From a virus (taxonomy: Duplodnaviria > Heunggongvirae > Uroviricota > Caudoviricetes): a stretch of DNA of 25,447 bases. A program made the position numbers and the translations under genes. Of the stretch, positions 17,067-25,447 are shown in pieces. The notes below the pieces were generated by a model that ran no database searches, had not been told where the DNA came from, and saw only the letters and a program-made list of their open reading frames with translations. The stretch is taken from the IMG/VR virus record IMGVR_UViG_2734482783_000014, one strand, 5' to 3'. Numbering within the stretch: position 1 is the first letter of the stretch; every line of letters begins with the position of its first letter.

Positions 17067-17300
17067 TCAATGCAGCCAGCTGTCGTCTTCCCACACCTTC
17101 TGCATAATTTTCAGCACTTGTTTTCTTTCTTCGTCCAGTTGCAGTCCGGTCAGTTCCACACCGTTAGAGCTACCTTTGCGGATACGAATTACCGTTTTGG
17201 GATACAGGAGGCGCAGATTGCGGTAAAGCTCGGATTCAAGGGCATCCAGGGTAGACTGGCTAATCTTCTGCTCTTTATCGATCATTATTTCAATGCGCAT
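17067..17300 (-). CDS. dinI: DinI-family protein (DNA-damage-inducible protein I-like)
   Basis: From ATG at 17300: MRIEIMIDKEQKISQSTLDALESELYRNLRLLYPKTVIRIRKG...ELTGL...QKVWEDDSW, the DinI pattern (MRIE... start, acidic C-terminus). GAGGTG RBS. Confidence 0.75.
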   Translation of the reverse strand: MRIEIMIDKEQKISQSTLDALESELYRNLRLLYPKTVIRIRKGSSNGVELTGLQLDEERKQVLKIMQKVWEDDSWLH

Positions 17301-17310
17301 AAAAGTCACC

Positions 17311-17499
17311 TCAGCTGATGACATCCATTGAGCGGTTGTATTCGTGGGTTCTGATTTTTGCCATGAGTTCATCTGTCAGTTCAGAAACCCACTGCAGAGC
17401 CAGCCCCTTCTCTTCATCACTACACTCACTAGCCGCTACAAGCTTAAGAAAAAAATCAATGCGCTGTAGCTTCAAAGACTCCAAAAAATAGTCCTGCAT
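17311..17499 (-). CDS. Small SOS-regulated ORF (62 aa), in the position of the 186 tum antirepressor but much shorter
   Basis: Perfect AGGAGG RBS 4 nt before ATG at 17499. A LexA box overlaps the predicted -10 upstream. Function is inferred from position only. Confidence 0.45.
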   Translation of the reverse strand: MQDYFLESLKLQRIDFFLKLVAASECSDEEKGLALQWVSELTDELMAKIRTHEYNRSMDVIS

Positions 17500-17539
17500 C
17501 TTTCCTCCTATGACACCAAAGCAATACTGTATGCATAAC

Positions 17540-17559
17540 CACTGTTTATATTTACAGTA
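17540..17559. promoter_or_regulatory. LexA operator (SOS box) overlapping a promoter for the small-ORF/dinI operon
   Basis: caCTGTttatatttACAGta has perfect CTGT-N8-ACAG spacing with an AT-rich core. On the minus strand a TATACT -10-like hexamer overlaps it and TTTACA lies about 15 bp upstream. Confidence 0.65.
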
Positions 17560-17651
17560 TATAATAATCTTACTGATGTAAAACGTTTTTTTACGTTCAT
17601 CAGCCTGATATGCCTGGTATTATTAAGAGCACGAATTGTTAACCCGCGTAA

Positions 17652-20066
17652 TTAATACAGGTTCCGCCACTTATCATCTTCCTGCAAACGCTGGTTCCGA
17701 TAGAAGATACGCAGGCCTGCTCCTGACGGAATACTGCCGCCGCGAAGGAGTAAATCGACCTCTTTCTCGCTACCATCAAATCCTCTGGACTTCAGCTCAT
17801 AGACGAGCTGCAGTCGCTGATGGTCTGTAATTCGCTGTTTGTAGTCTTTACGCCGTTTCGGTTTAACCAGGCGTAACCTTGCAGCCAGTTCCCGGCGCTC
17901 TTTTTTGCTCATACTGTGCAGGTAATCGTGCAACTCCTTGTCATCCATGCGGGTAATGTCCGTTCTGGTGTCCCCATCAGCTGATTTGTCTTTCCCTTGT
18001 TGGTTCAAATTTTCAGCAAGGGGACAGTTATTGCCACGAGTCCAAGGGGCGCAAGCGCCCTGGTCGGCTGCCGCCTCCTGAACGTCAACGGCCTTACGAA
18101 CCATTTTCCACTTCACTGCATGAGTGCAGATCTTGCCCTCTGCAATGGGTGACCAGATGCCATAAATACGAATACCGTGATCGCCATAGGCGGTTGGCTC
18201 TTCGTTGATTTCATAAGCGGTTCTGATGAGGTGATATTTGCGGGGAACCAGTACGCCGCCCTGCTTCATGATGTAGGTGGCAAAACAACCAGCATCAGCA
18301 GCAGCCAGGATGGCATCAAGGCGCGGGTTATCCAGTACCGGCGCACCTGCTTTTTTGTCACCCTGTTGCCTTGCCGCCTGACCAGCCAGCAATCGCAGTT
18401 CACGGTAAGCCTGACGCCCCGGAATGCCAAAGAAGCGGAATTGCTGAACACGATGCAGAGACGCCCAGGCATTAACGTATTCAGCGTTATCACGCAGGGA
18501 TTTACCCGTTTCCTTACTGATCTCGCCAGCCAGACCACGCCCGTCAATATTCTTACTGATATATTTCGCAATGTAGCTTGTCGGCGTTCCTTTGCGCGGG
18601 TTTATCAGCTCAGACTTAAAGCGCGGCCCCGTGTTATTGCCCAGCTCCTCGCGGTCTTCACGGATGGCAAACTTACGCAACAATGCAGTAATGGCGCGGC
18701 GGTCTTTTTTGCGCATGAAACACAACAGGTGCCAGTGAACTGTGCCGTCATGATGCGGCTCAGCCACCCGCACGCCATACCAGCGCAACCCGGCTTTGTG
18801 CATAGCCTTACGAAATGCAGCAAACATACCGACCAGATAATCACTGCTTTGTCTTACCGTCGCATTTGTCCAGGTCGGGTTGGGCCTGCCGTTATTTAGC
18901 GTGGAATGGAAACGTGACGGGCAGGTGATGGTGTAGAAAACGGCGCAGTCACCACGCATTTCCGCGATAAGCTCCAGACCTTTAACACAGGCCATCATCT
19001 CATTGCGGCGATGCGCAGGGTTGCTGCTGCTGGCGTTTACCACGTCTTCCATATCCAGCGTGTCGCCGTCTTCGTTCACCAGTTCATGAGAACGGAAAAA
19101 CTCCAGCGACTTACGGCGCTGCTCACGTTTATGCATCACGGCTTCATAGCTGACATAGGGAGATGCTTTTTTGCTGACCAGGCAAACAGCACGCAACTGC
19201 TCTTCCCGCCATTCGCAACGCATCTTCCATAATTTCCGATACCACCAGTCGGCGCATAACATACGCGCCAGCGAACCCGGAATGAGTTCATAAGGCACGG
19301 GTTTACGGCGGTTTCTTTTCCGACAGAGTTGCTCAAACGCAGGCGGGATAACATCCAGACGCAGGGTTTCCGCTGCCACCTTTTCCCATGTCTTGCGGAT
19401 TTCTTCTGGCGTAACATCATCGGTGGCATACAAATCGCCACAAGCTGTATCAAGGCACATGCTCATATGCGCAGCTACCAAGGTGGACAGGCGTTTCACC
19501 TGATCCTGACTCATTTCAGGCAGGATCAGCAGGCCGTCCAGCCCTTCATGGCTTGCCATAAAGCGAAAAGAAGTGGATAGCTGACTGTCGCGTACATGCT
19601 CCAGTCGTTCCAAGCATGGCTTAATCGTCTCACGCAAATAGCGGGAATAAGCCTTTGGCCTGCCCAGGCTGCTGAAGTATTTAATACGTTGCATCAGCGG
19701 CTTGCTGATATGGGAAGGCTGGGCGTTGACGTCCGCCAGAATGGCCATGTCTGGATTAAAACGCTGCTGCTCATGCGCCAGCTTTGCCCGGCTAATTAGC
19801 TTATCCTGCTCCATTTCGCGTTGGACAGGATCACGGGATTCATTAAAGAAATAACGCTCCCAGACCTGATCACTCAGTGCCTCGCGGCGCAGTTGTTCCT
19901 GCTCGTTATCGGCAGCGTACAGAGTGATCAGGTTTGAAAGCGCAGAAACCGGCGCAACTTCCGCCGGGTCCAGATAAGGGTTAATGGCCTTTTTCGGGCT
20001 GTTCCATGAGAATGCTGCGGCGACCTCGTTAAAGCCGCTGCAGTTGTTCATATCAGCATGGCTCAT
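17652..20066 (-). CDS. A: Replication initiation protein gpA-like (rolling-circle nickase)
   Basis: Contains [15 protein letters not shown] and [13 protein letters not shown], the metal-binding and active-site tyrosine motifs of P2 A-family initiators. ATG at 20066 overlaps the Dam stop (ATGA); the longer ORF extends to 20093. Confidence 0.9.
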   Translation of the reverse strand: MSHADMNNCSGFNEVAAAFSWNSPKKAINPYLDPAEVAPVSALSNLITLYAADNEQEQLRREALSDQVWERYFFNESRDPVQREMEQDKLISRAKLAHEQQRFNPDMAILADVNAQPSHISKPLMQRIKYFSSLGRPKAYSRYLRETIKPCLERLEHVRDSQLSTSFRFMASHEGLDGLLILPEMSQDQVKRLSTLVAAHMSMCLDTACGDLYATDDVTPEEIRKTWEKVAAETLRLDVIPPAFEQLCRKRNRRKPVPYELIPGSLARMLCADWWYRKLWKMRCEWREEQLRAVCLVSKKASPYVSYEAVMHKREQRRKSLEFFRSHELVNEDGDTLDMEDVVNASSSNPAHRRNEMMACVKGLELIAEMRGDCAVFYTITCPSRFHSTLNNGRPNPTWTNATVRQSSDYLVGMFAAFRKAMHKAGLRWYGVRVAEPHHDGTVHWHLLCFMRKKDRRAITALLRKFAIREDREELGNNTGPRFKSELINPRKGTPTSYIAKYISKNIDGRGLAGEISKETGKSLRDNAEYVNAWASLHRVQQFRFFGIPGRQAYRELRLLAGQAARQQGDKKAGAPVLDNPRLDAILAAADAGCFATYIMKQGGVLVPRKYHLIRTAYEINEEPTAYGDHGIRIYGIWSPIAEGKICTHAVKWKMVRKAVDVQEAAADQGACAPWTRGNNCPLAENLNQQGKDKSADGDTRTDITRMDDKELHDYLHSMSKKERRELAARLRLVKPKRRKDYKQRITDHQRLQLVYELKSRGFDGSEKEVDLLLRGGSIPSGAGLRIFYRNQRLQEDDKWRNLY

Positions 20067-20920
20067 GCACGCACTCCGTACACGACGGAACAATCCACGC
20101 CACGCGAAGGATCAAATCCTACCCAGCAGCGCGGCCCGGAAACAGCGATGATTTCTGTTGCAGATTTACTCTCACCAGCTGCCACGCCGATGCTGCGTTT
20201 TGCCTTGATGTAGTGGTGAGTAAAATTGCGATACAGCGAACGGATCAGGGATGTGTCACTGTTAGAAACAATGACCGGATGACCTTCAGATGATCGATGT
20301 TCAAGAACGGATGCCAGGTGATACTGGTCATCTTCAGTGAAGCCATCAGTGTGATAGCCGGAAAACGTACCGTCATAAGGCGGATCGCAATACACCACAT
20401 CCCCCGCCTTCAACATCGCCAGCGTTTCATCAAAGCTGGCGCAGATAAACGTTGCCCGCTGGGCTTTCTCTGCAAATGCGCGAATTTCTTTTTCAGGGAA
20501 ATACGGATTTTTATAATTACCGTAGGGAATGTTGAAATACCCGCTCTTGTTATAGCGACATAGCCCACGGTAACCATGACGATTGAGATACAGAAAATAT
20601 ACCGCTTTCATGAAATCAGTAATTTCAGTGGAGTAATTAAACTCCTGCCTTATGTTGTAATAAGCCACCTCTCTGTTTGCTTCCTCAAATAAAGCTCTGG
20701 CACGAGATATAAACGCCTCACAATCAGCAGCAACCTTTTTATAGAGGTTGATTAAATCAGGATTAATATCCGAAACCAGATAGCTGGGGTAATCCGTCTC
20801 CATCATCACAGCACAAGAACCCGCGAAAGGTTCAACCAGTCGCGTGCCAGCAGGAAGGTATTTTTTCAGTTCGGACATAATGGTGGTTTTATTACCCGCC
20901 CATTTCAGGATGGTGCTCAT
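20063..20920 (-). CDS. dam: DNA adenine (N6) methyltransferase, Dam family
   Basis: From ATG at 20920: [11 protein letters not shown]..., FAGSCAV, and the catalytic DPPY motif ([10 protein letters not shown]). AGGAGG RBS; start overlaps the upstream stop. Confidence 0.85.
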   Translation of the reverse strand: MSTILKWAGNKTTIMSELKKYLPAGTRLVEPFAGSCAVMMETDYPSYLVSDINPDLINLYKKVAADCEAFISRARALFEEANREVAYYNIRQEFNYSTEITDFMKAVYFLYLNRHGYRGLCRYNKSGYFNIPYGNYKNPYFPEKEIRAFAEKAQRATFICASFDETLAMLKAGDVVYCDPPYDGTFSGYHTDGFTEDDQYHLASVLEHRSSEGHPVIVSNSDTSLIRSLYRNFTHHYIKAKRSIGVAAGESKSATEIIAVSGPRCWVGFDPSRGVDCSVVYGVRA

Positions 20921-21219
20921 ACAGCACCTCCTGCAATAACATATCCTAAAGCTTCTAATGGGGTTAATGAGCGAATTGATAGCATCACCCATTGTTCTGA
21001 AACTGCCATGACGTCATTAACCGGAAGCACATGAGAGATAACCGCGGCCCATTCCCTACCCGTAAATACGCCATGCTTCCATTCGCAAAGAGAAAGAACA
21101 TCACCAACTTTATAGCCACGATCGTCTTTACGAAGTTCAGCCGTCTTTTGACCTGCAACCACAGCGTTGAAATACTTAGGTGCAATTTTTAATTGATGGA
21201 TACGCACAGCCCCTGTCAT
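20917..21219 (-). CDS. DUF3850/ASCH-like small protein
   Basis: From ATG at 21219: [40 protein letters not shown], which resembles the DUF3850 N-terminal pattern as I recall it. GGAGG RBS; ATGA overlap with the upstream gene. Confidence 0.6.
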   Translation of the reverse strand: MTGAVRIHQLKIAPKYFNAVVAGQKTAELRKDDRGYKVGDVLSLCEWKHGVFTGREWAAVISHVLPVNDVMAVSEQWVMLSIRSLTPLEALGYVIAGGAV

Positions 21220-21443
21220 ACAGCACCTCCGTTGTAATGTTTGCCTTTCAGCTCTGCGATTTCCTGACAGGTAATGCAAAGCTGCACTCCTGGAATGGCG
21301 CGGCGGCGTGCTGGCGGAATTGGCGCTTCACATTCAATGCAAAGCACGCGAGACACGCCCGGTGTTTTGGCACGGGCAGCACGGATATGGCGCTGGCGTT
21401 CTTCTTCAACGCGCTGCTGTACGAGATCCATTGCATCAGCCAT
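21216..21443 (-). CDS. TraR/DksA-family C4 zinc-finger protein
   Basis: 75 aa with two Cys pairs, CIECEAPI and CITCQE, in the spacing typical of phage TraR-like proteins. Confidence 0.7.
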   Translation of the reverse strand: MADAMDLVQQRVEEERQRHIRAARAKTPGVSRVLCIECEAPIPPARRRAIPGVQLCITCQEIAELKGKHYNGGAV

Positions 21444-21682
21444 TAGTGGATCTCCTGCGCTTCGTTCTGGATTGCTTCAGCGGTCACACGCAGCAGTTCT
21501 GCCGCTTCGACGTGGTTTAGCTGGCGGGATGTGATATGACACGCAAGACTATCAAGGCGGGCAGCCATTGCTTCAGCCCTTGCCCGGCGTTCTTCCAGAC
21601 GAGCCTCTGTCAGTAAAATATTAAGCCCTGCGTCATCCGGTCCGGTTTTAGTCGTGAGGGTTTCAATATTACGCATAATCAA
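21443..21682 (-). CDS. Hypothetical early protein (79 aa)
   Basis: ORF with an AGGAGA RBS; its stop overlaps the TraR-like start (TAATG). No motif recognised. Confidence 0.5.
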   Translation of the reverse strand: MIMRNIETLTTKTGPDDAGLNILLTEARLEERRARAEAMAARLDSLACHITSRQLNHVEAAELLRVTAEAIQNEAQEIH

Positions 21683-21743
21683 TTCTCCTGAATTTAGATA
21701 AAGGGATGCCCGGCGGGTTTACGCCATTAATTTCATTAGCTGG

Positions 21744-22085
21744 TTAATTCGGCATGGTTAGCCGTCTGGGAAATAAGCTCACCACTGCACGAAAATGATT
21801 CATTGCTTTAATCAACTCCCGCTTTTCGTCAGTGGTCAGCTCATTAATGCTGATGCTATGACGTTCAGCTGGAATTTTTGCCATAAAGAATATGGCAGCC
21901 AGTGCCCGTTTATTTTGTTCGCTATTGATATCCCGTGGATCACGCATATCTTTAATAAACCGCTCAAGCTCTGACTCAATATTCAGGCCAAAAACTTTCG
22001 CCCTTAACTCCGCAATGTGATTAAGTCCATTCAGGCGTTCACCGGGGCTTAATGGAACAGTCGCCGCAGCGCCATTAATTGCCAT
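21744..22085 (-). CDS. Hypothetical early protein (113 aa)
   Basis: ORF in the early operon between CII and A with protein-like composition. No motif recognised. Confidence 0.5.
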   Translation of the reverse strand: MAINGAAATVPLSPGERLNGLNHIAELRAKVFGLNIESELERFIKDMRDPRDINSEQNKRALAAIFFMAKIPAERHSISINELTTDEKRELIKAMNHFRAVVSLFPRRLTMPN

Positions 22086-22107
22086 AATTCATATCCCCAA
22101 AACGCAA

Positions 22108-22332
22108 CTATCGTTCTTTGTTCTTACGGTAACGTTCAAGAGGAGATACATTTTTTCGTATCGTCTCTTTAACCTGCTCTCCCCGTAAAAACGTCCCATC
22201 CTTTAGCGTGAAAAAGTAACTGCCATCGCCCGACAACGACGGATAACAACAGAGCAAATCATCTTCAGGTACTGAATAACTCTCCCCTCTGTAACGAAAC
22301 TGATAAACCACTTCACTTTCCGCTGCATACAT
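22108..22332 (-). CDS. Hypothetical small protein (74 aa)
   Basis: ATG at 22332 preceded by GGAGA. Protein-like composition (MYAAESEVVYQFRYRGESYSVPEDD...). Overlaps the upstream ORF by ~130 bp in another frame. Confidence 0.45.
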   Translation of the reverse strand: MYAAESEVVYQFRYRGESYSVPEDDLLCCYPSLSGDGSYFFTLKDGTFLRGEQVKETIRKNVSPLERYRKNKER

Positions 22333-22499
22333 TTTGACTTTCTCCGTTTCCCCGTGGTCAATTCAGACAGCAATTCATCTTGTGAACGGCACGGATGCCA
22401 GCGTTTACCATCCTCACCCATGATCCAGCCGTGACCGTAGTGCATTGCCGGGCTTTGTTTTACCAGCAGCGATGCAAATGATGGTTCTTTCGTCAGCAT
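22203..22499 (-). CDS. Hypothetical small protein (98 aa from ATG 22499); 3' third may be out-of-frame read-through
   Basis: GAGGTG RBS before ATG at 22499, just after the CII stop. The N-terminal ~55 aa look protein-like; the C-terminal part is Arg/Cys-rich and overlaps the 74-aa gene. Confidence 0.35.
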   Translation of the reverse strand: MLTKEPSFASLLVKQSPAMHYGHGWIMGEDGKRWHPCRSQDELLSELTTGKRRKSKCMQRKVKWFISFVTEGRVIQYLKMICSVVIRRCRAMAVTFSR

Positions 22500-22506
22500 A
22501 AGCACC

Positions 22507-23025
22507 TCACAGCAAACCGAATGAAGCACCGAGGCCAGTCACGGTATCAACTGCACTCGCCATCGCAGGATTAGCCTGTAAACGGGCCTGCAATGAAACA
22601 GCCGCCAGCGCCATCAGTCGTGTTACAGAGTTAATGCTGCTGATAGCATCACGACGACCTGCACTGGTTTTTACATCGCCAGATACCGCACCTGCAGCAA
22701 CACGCCCGATCTCTGCGGTTGCACTCATGACGTAATGTGGCAGTTTCTCTTTTGCTACCTCATTAATCGGTACACATGGCAGACAATGAATCTGTGCCAG
22801 AAAACCATCTACCAACGTTGAATCTTCAGTCAGATCGGTAAGCAGCCAGATTTCTGGTGCGGTTAATAAATGAGGTTGAGCTGGGTTCAGCTTGTTCCGC
22901 AGAATCTGCACATTCATGCCCGCACGTTCTGCCAGTTGCACCAGATTGTGGCGCAGTGCGAATGCACGACAGGCTTCATCAAAATGTGGATGTTTGGAAA
23001 CTTGGTAATCAAACATGGTTTTCAA
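22507..23025 (-). CDS. cII: 186 CII-like lysogeny-establishment transcription activator
   Basis: 172 aa beginning [50 protein letters not shown]..., which resembles 186 CII as recalled. It is the second gene of the rightward early operon after the Apl-like gene. Confidence 0.6.
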   Translation of the reverse strand: MKTMFDYQVSKHPHFDEACRAFALRHNLVQLAERAGMNVQILRNKLNPAQPHLLTAPEIWLLTDLTEDSTLVDGFLAQIHCLPCVPINEVAKEKLPHYVMSATAEIGRVAAGAVSGDVKTSAGRRDAISSINSVTRLMALAAVSLQARLQANPAMASAVDTVTGLGASFGLL

Positions 23026-23080
23026 CTCCGAACTTATCGCAAAATCGAACTCAGCGTCTTATTGCGAAAATAGACGTCTA

Positions 23081-23284
23081 TTAAGCAGACAAAGCATCAA
23101 CAGTCAGAGCAGCCAGGTTAATCATTACCTTTTCACGTTTTTTGTCTTTACGAAGACGATGACGAGGTAGTCGGCCATCAGCCAACATGTCGTTAATCGT
23201 ATCAATAGAAAGGCCAGTCAGTTCGCTATAACGTTCGATTGTGACATGTGGTGTATTCAGAGTAATTGAAATGTTAGGTGTCAT
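23081..23284 (-). CDS. Apl/Cox-like excisionase-regulator (AlpA-type HTH)
   Basis: 67 aa with an HTH-like segment [25 protein letters not shown] and a basic tail. First gene of the early operon, divergent from the repressor. Confidence 0.6.
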   Translation of the reverse strand: MTPNISITLNTPHVTIERYSELTGLSIDTINDMLADGRLPRHRLRKDKKREKVMINLAALTVDALSA

Positions 23285-23429
23285 AAGGCAACATTCCTTC
23301 TAGATATGGCTTGTGGCGAGCCGTTGTTTGTCGTGATTAGTAGTGAAGGCTCCAAAAGAACACTTCTGGTTCAACTTTAAGATCGCTTTTGGAATCTGTC
23401 AACGAATTTTGGATTTCTTTGGAGGACTT
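23285..23429. promoter_or_regulatory. Immunity switch region between the Apl-like and CI genes (expected face-to-face lytic and lysogenic promoters and repressor operators)
   Basis: 145-bp intergenic region between divergent regulatory genes, containing a short direct repeat ttttgga (23392..23398 and 23406..23412). Individual promoter and operator elements were not resolved. Confidence 0.4.
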
Positions 23430-23999
23430 GTGGATTTCAATAGCGGCGGTAAGAAAGCCATAGAACGTTTAGTTGAAGCATATGGGTTCGGTACTCGTCA
23501 GGCTCTCTGTGATCATTTAGGTGTTTCTAAGAGCACCATGGCAACGCGCTATATGCGTGATATTTTTCCAGCAGATTGGGTAATCCAGTGCGCCCTTGAA
23601 ACGGGCACCTCGCTTAATTGGCTAACAACAGGGCATGGTTCAAAGCAAGCATCAGCAAATACAAATACTATAGAAGTAGAAAAATATTTATTGTCTGATG
23701 GAGCATTGCAGAAAGACGGTTTTTATATTTTTGATAAGGGATTTCTACCCTCTACGTTTAAAAAACCTTTTGTCATCACAGATAACAATTCTGAATTTAT
23801 TTGTGATAAAGAATTTGATGATATACGTGATGGTAAATGGGTAATAAGTATTGATGGCGAAATAACGATCCGTGACATTACTCGTTTACCCGGTGGAAGA
23901 ATCTTCGTCGAGGGTGGAAACAGAGCCTTCGAATGCAAGATAGAAGACATTGAAATAATTGGTAAAATTATAAGTTTAACAGTCAAGTATGTTAAATAG
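23430..23999 (+). CDS. cI: 186-type CI immunity repressor
   Basis: From GTG at 23430 (GGAGG just upstream): ...IERLVEAYGFGTRQALCDHLGVSKSTMATRYMRD...CALETGTSLNWLTTGHG aligns with the recalled 186 CI N-terminal domain (LDRICEAYGF...CALETGANLKWLLTGEG). 189 aa versus 192 in 186. The longer ORF from 23343 has no start support. Confidence 0.75.
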   Translation: MDFNSGGKKAIERLVEAYGFGTRQALCDHLGVSKSTMATRYMRDIFPADWVIQCALETGTSLNWLTTGHGSKQASANTNTIEVEKYLLSDGALQKDGFYIFDKGFLPSTFKKPFVITDNNSEFICDKEFDDIRDGKWVISIDGEITIRDITRLPGGRIFVEGGNRAFECKIEDIEIIGKIISLTVKYVK

Positions 24000-24014
24000 T
24001 ACCGGGAGGAAACT

Positions 24015-24206
24015 ATGCTTGGTAAGGTATTTTTTGTGGTTTTGTCATGTTCTTTGTTATTAAACCCACTAACTACCTATGCTAGAAATTATCCCTGCTC
24101 AGGGAAAAAGGGAGGTGTTTCTCACTGTACCTCAGATGGCAAATTCGTTTGCAATGATGGAACTATTAGTAAATCCAAAAAAATCTGTACTAAAAACTCA
24201 CGATAA
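24015..24206 (+). CDS. Small secreted Cys-containing protein (63 aa) between cI and int
   Basis: Strong GGGAGGA RBS. N-terminal signal-peptide-like segment [23 protein letters not shown], then a ~40-aa mature region with four Cys and many Lys. Confidence 0.5.
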   Translation: MLGKVFFVVLSCSLLLNPLTTYARNYPCSGKKGGVSHCTSDGKFVCNDGTISKSKKICTKNSR

Positions 24207-24394
24207 CTTTTGTTTTTATATCTGCGTCTAAAATAAAAATGAGCCGCAGGTTAACCGCAAAAGTTACATGCTCACATAGCAAAAAGAATAGCCAACTTCA
24301 TTATGGCTTCAGTGAGATGTATGGTCGTAGGATTTCATACATTGACACTGGTTATACATACAGTAAAAATGCTCTCTACTGGAGGGCATTTTTT

Positions 24395-25447
24395 ATGGCA
24401 GTACGAAAACTCACCACAGGGAAATGGCTTTGCGAATGTTACCCCGCCGGACGAAGTGGGCGTCGTGTGCGTAAACAATTCGCCACCAAAGGCGAAGCTC
24501 TGGCTTTTGAGCGTCACACGATGGAAGAAACCGAATCAAAGCCCTGGCTGGGCGAATCAGTGGATCGTCGAACCCTGAAAGACGTGGTTGAGCTATGGTT
24601 CAAACTACATGGTAAATCTCTGACTGCTGGACAGCATGTCTATGACAAATTGCTGCTGATGGTTGACGCTCTAGGCAATCCTCTTGCAACCGATCTCACC
24701 TCTAAAATGTTTGCCCACTATCGAGATAAACGCCTGACAGGCGAGATCTACTTCAGCGAGAAATGGAAGAAAGGAGCAAGCCCGGTCACCATTAACCTGG
24801 AGCAAAGCTATCTAAGTAGTGTTTTTAGCGAACTATCCCGTCTGGGCGAATGGTCGTATCCGAACCCACTGGAGAACATGCGAAAATTCACCATCGCAGA
24901 AAAAGAGATGGCATGGCTTACCCATGAGCAGATTGTTGAATTGCTGGCTGATTGCAAACGTCAGGACCCAATTCTGGCACTGGTAGTTAAGATATGCTTA
25001 AGCACAGGCGCACGCTGGCGTGAAGCCGTAAATCTTACCCGCTCACAGGTGACCAAATACCGAATTACCTTTGTCAGAACGAAGGGGAAGAAAAACAGAA
25101 GCATCCCTATCAGTAAAGAGCTTTACGAAGAGATCATGGCGCTTGATGGGTTCAATTTCTTCACAGACTGCTATTTTCAATTTTTATCCGTGATGGAAAA
25201 AACGTCTATCGTGCTCCCTCGCGGTCAACTCACACACGTTCTGCGCCATACGTTTGCGGCGCACTTCATGATGTCGGGTGGAAACATTCTGGCCTTACAA
25301 AAAATTCTCGGACACCACGATATAAAAATGACTATGCGTTACGCACATCTGGCACCGGATCATCTGGAAACGGCGCTCCGTTTCAATCCTCTGGCAACGC
25401 TGCCAAGTGGCGACAAAGTGGCGGCAGCGGTTGGCATTACCCCGTAA
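24395..25447 (+). CDS. int: Tyrosine integrase (P2/186 family)
   Basis: ATG at 24395 with a GGAGGG RBS. The C-terminus has the tyrosine-recombinase signature (...RHTFAAHFMMSGGNILALQKILGHHDIKMTMRYAHL...). Stop TAA is the last codon of the window; the longer ORF from 24239 lacks an RBS. Confidence 0.9.
   Translation: MAVRKLTTGKWLCECYPAGRSGRRVRKQFATKGEALAFERHTMEETESKPWLGESVDRRTLKDVVELWFKLHGKSLTAGQHVYDKLLLMVDALGNPLATDLTSKMFAHYRDKRLTGEIYFSEKWKKGASPVTINLEQSYLSSVFSELSRLGEWSYPNPLENMRKFTIAEKEMAWLTHEQIVELLADCKRQDPILALVVKICLSTGARWREAVNLTRSQVTKYRITFVRTKGKKNRSIPISKELYEEIMALDGFNFFTDCYFQFLSVMEKTSIVLPRGQLTHVLRHTFAAHFMMSGGNILALQKILGHHDIKMTMRYAHLAPDHLETALRFNPLATLPSGDKVAAAVGITP

Noticed and set aside
17526-17541. 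Second CTGT-containing stretch (tactgtatgcataacc) next to the LexA box
   Set aside because: The partner half-site is CCAC rather than ACAG at the N8 spacing, so it is not a second operator, though it could be a degenerate remnant.
18177-18899. 240-aa plus-strand ORF inside replication gene A
   Set aside because: It is antisense to the A gene, which carries the conserved nickase motifs, and has no RBS.
1-25447. Search for tRNA, rRNA, CRISPR arrays and IS elements
   Set aside because: No cloverleaf-compatible sequence, regularly spaced direct repeats, or transposase ORF with terminal inverted repeats was seen. The prophage attachment site should lie just beyond the integrase stop, outside the window.

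Overview
The window is almost entirely one P2/186-family temperate myovirus prophage (Peduovirus-like), read from the tail fiber to the integrase stop at the window's last base. Calls rest on reading the translated ORFs against remembered P2/186 protein families and on motifs visible in the sequence; no database search was run. Minus strand, in order: tail fiber H (N-terminal part), baseplate I-J-W-V, tail completion S-R, a lysis cassette (spanins LysC/LysB, LysA, a lysozyme with an N-terminal hydrophobic segment, holin), X, L, terminase M, capsid N and scaffold O. Plus strand: terminase ATPase P and portal Q. Then replication gene A, Dam methylase, a DUF3850/ASCH-like gene, a TraR-type zinc finger, small early genes, and a 186-type immunity region (CII, Apl/Cox-like, divergent CI) followed by a small secreted Cys protein and a tyrosine integrase. 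Three AT-rich cargo insertions interrupt this backbone and are the main candidates for an undescribed system: (1) a ParA/MinD-like ATPase plus a 178-aa partner between V and S; (2) a 416-aa P-loop NTPase between the portal gene and a putative cos site; (3) a three-gene operon (soluble ~300-aa protein, 1-TM and 2-TM small proteins) between cos and a LexA-box-controlled DinI operon. None of the cargo proteins could be assigned to a named defence family from sequence alone. No rRNA, tRNA, CRISPR array or IS element was seen.
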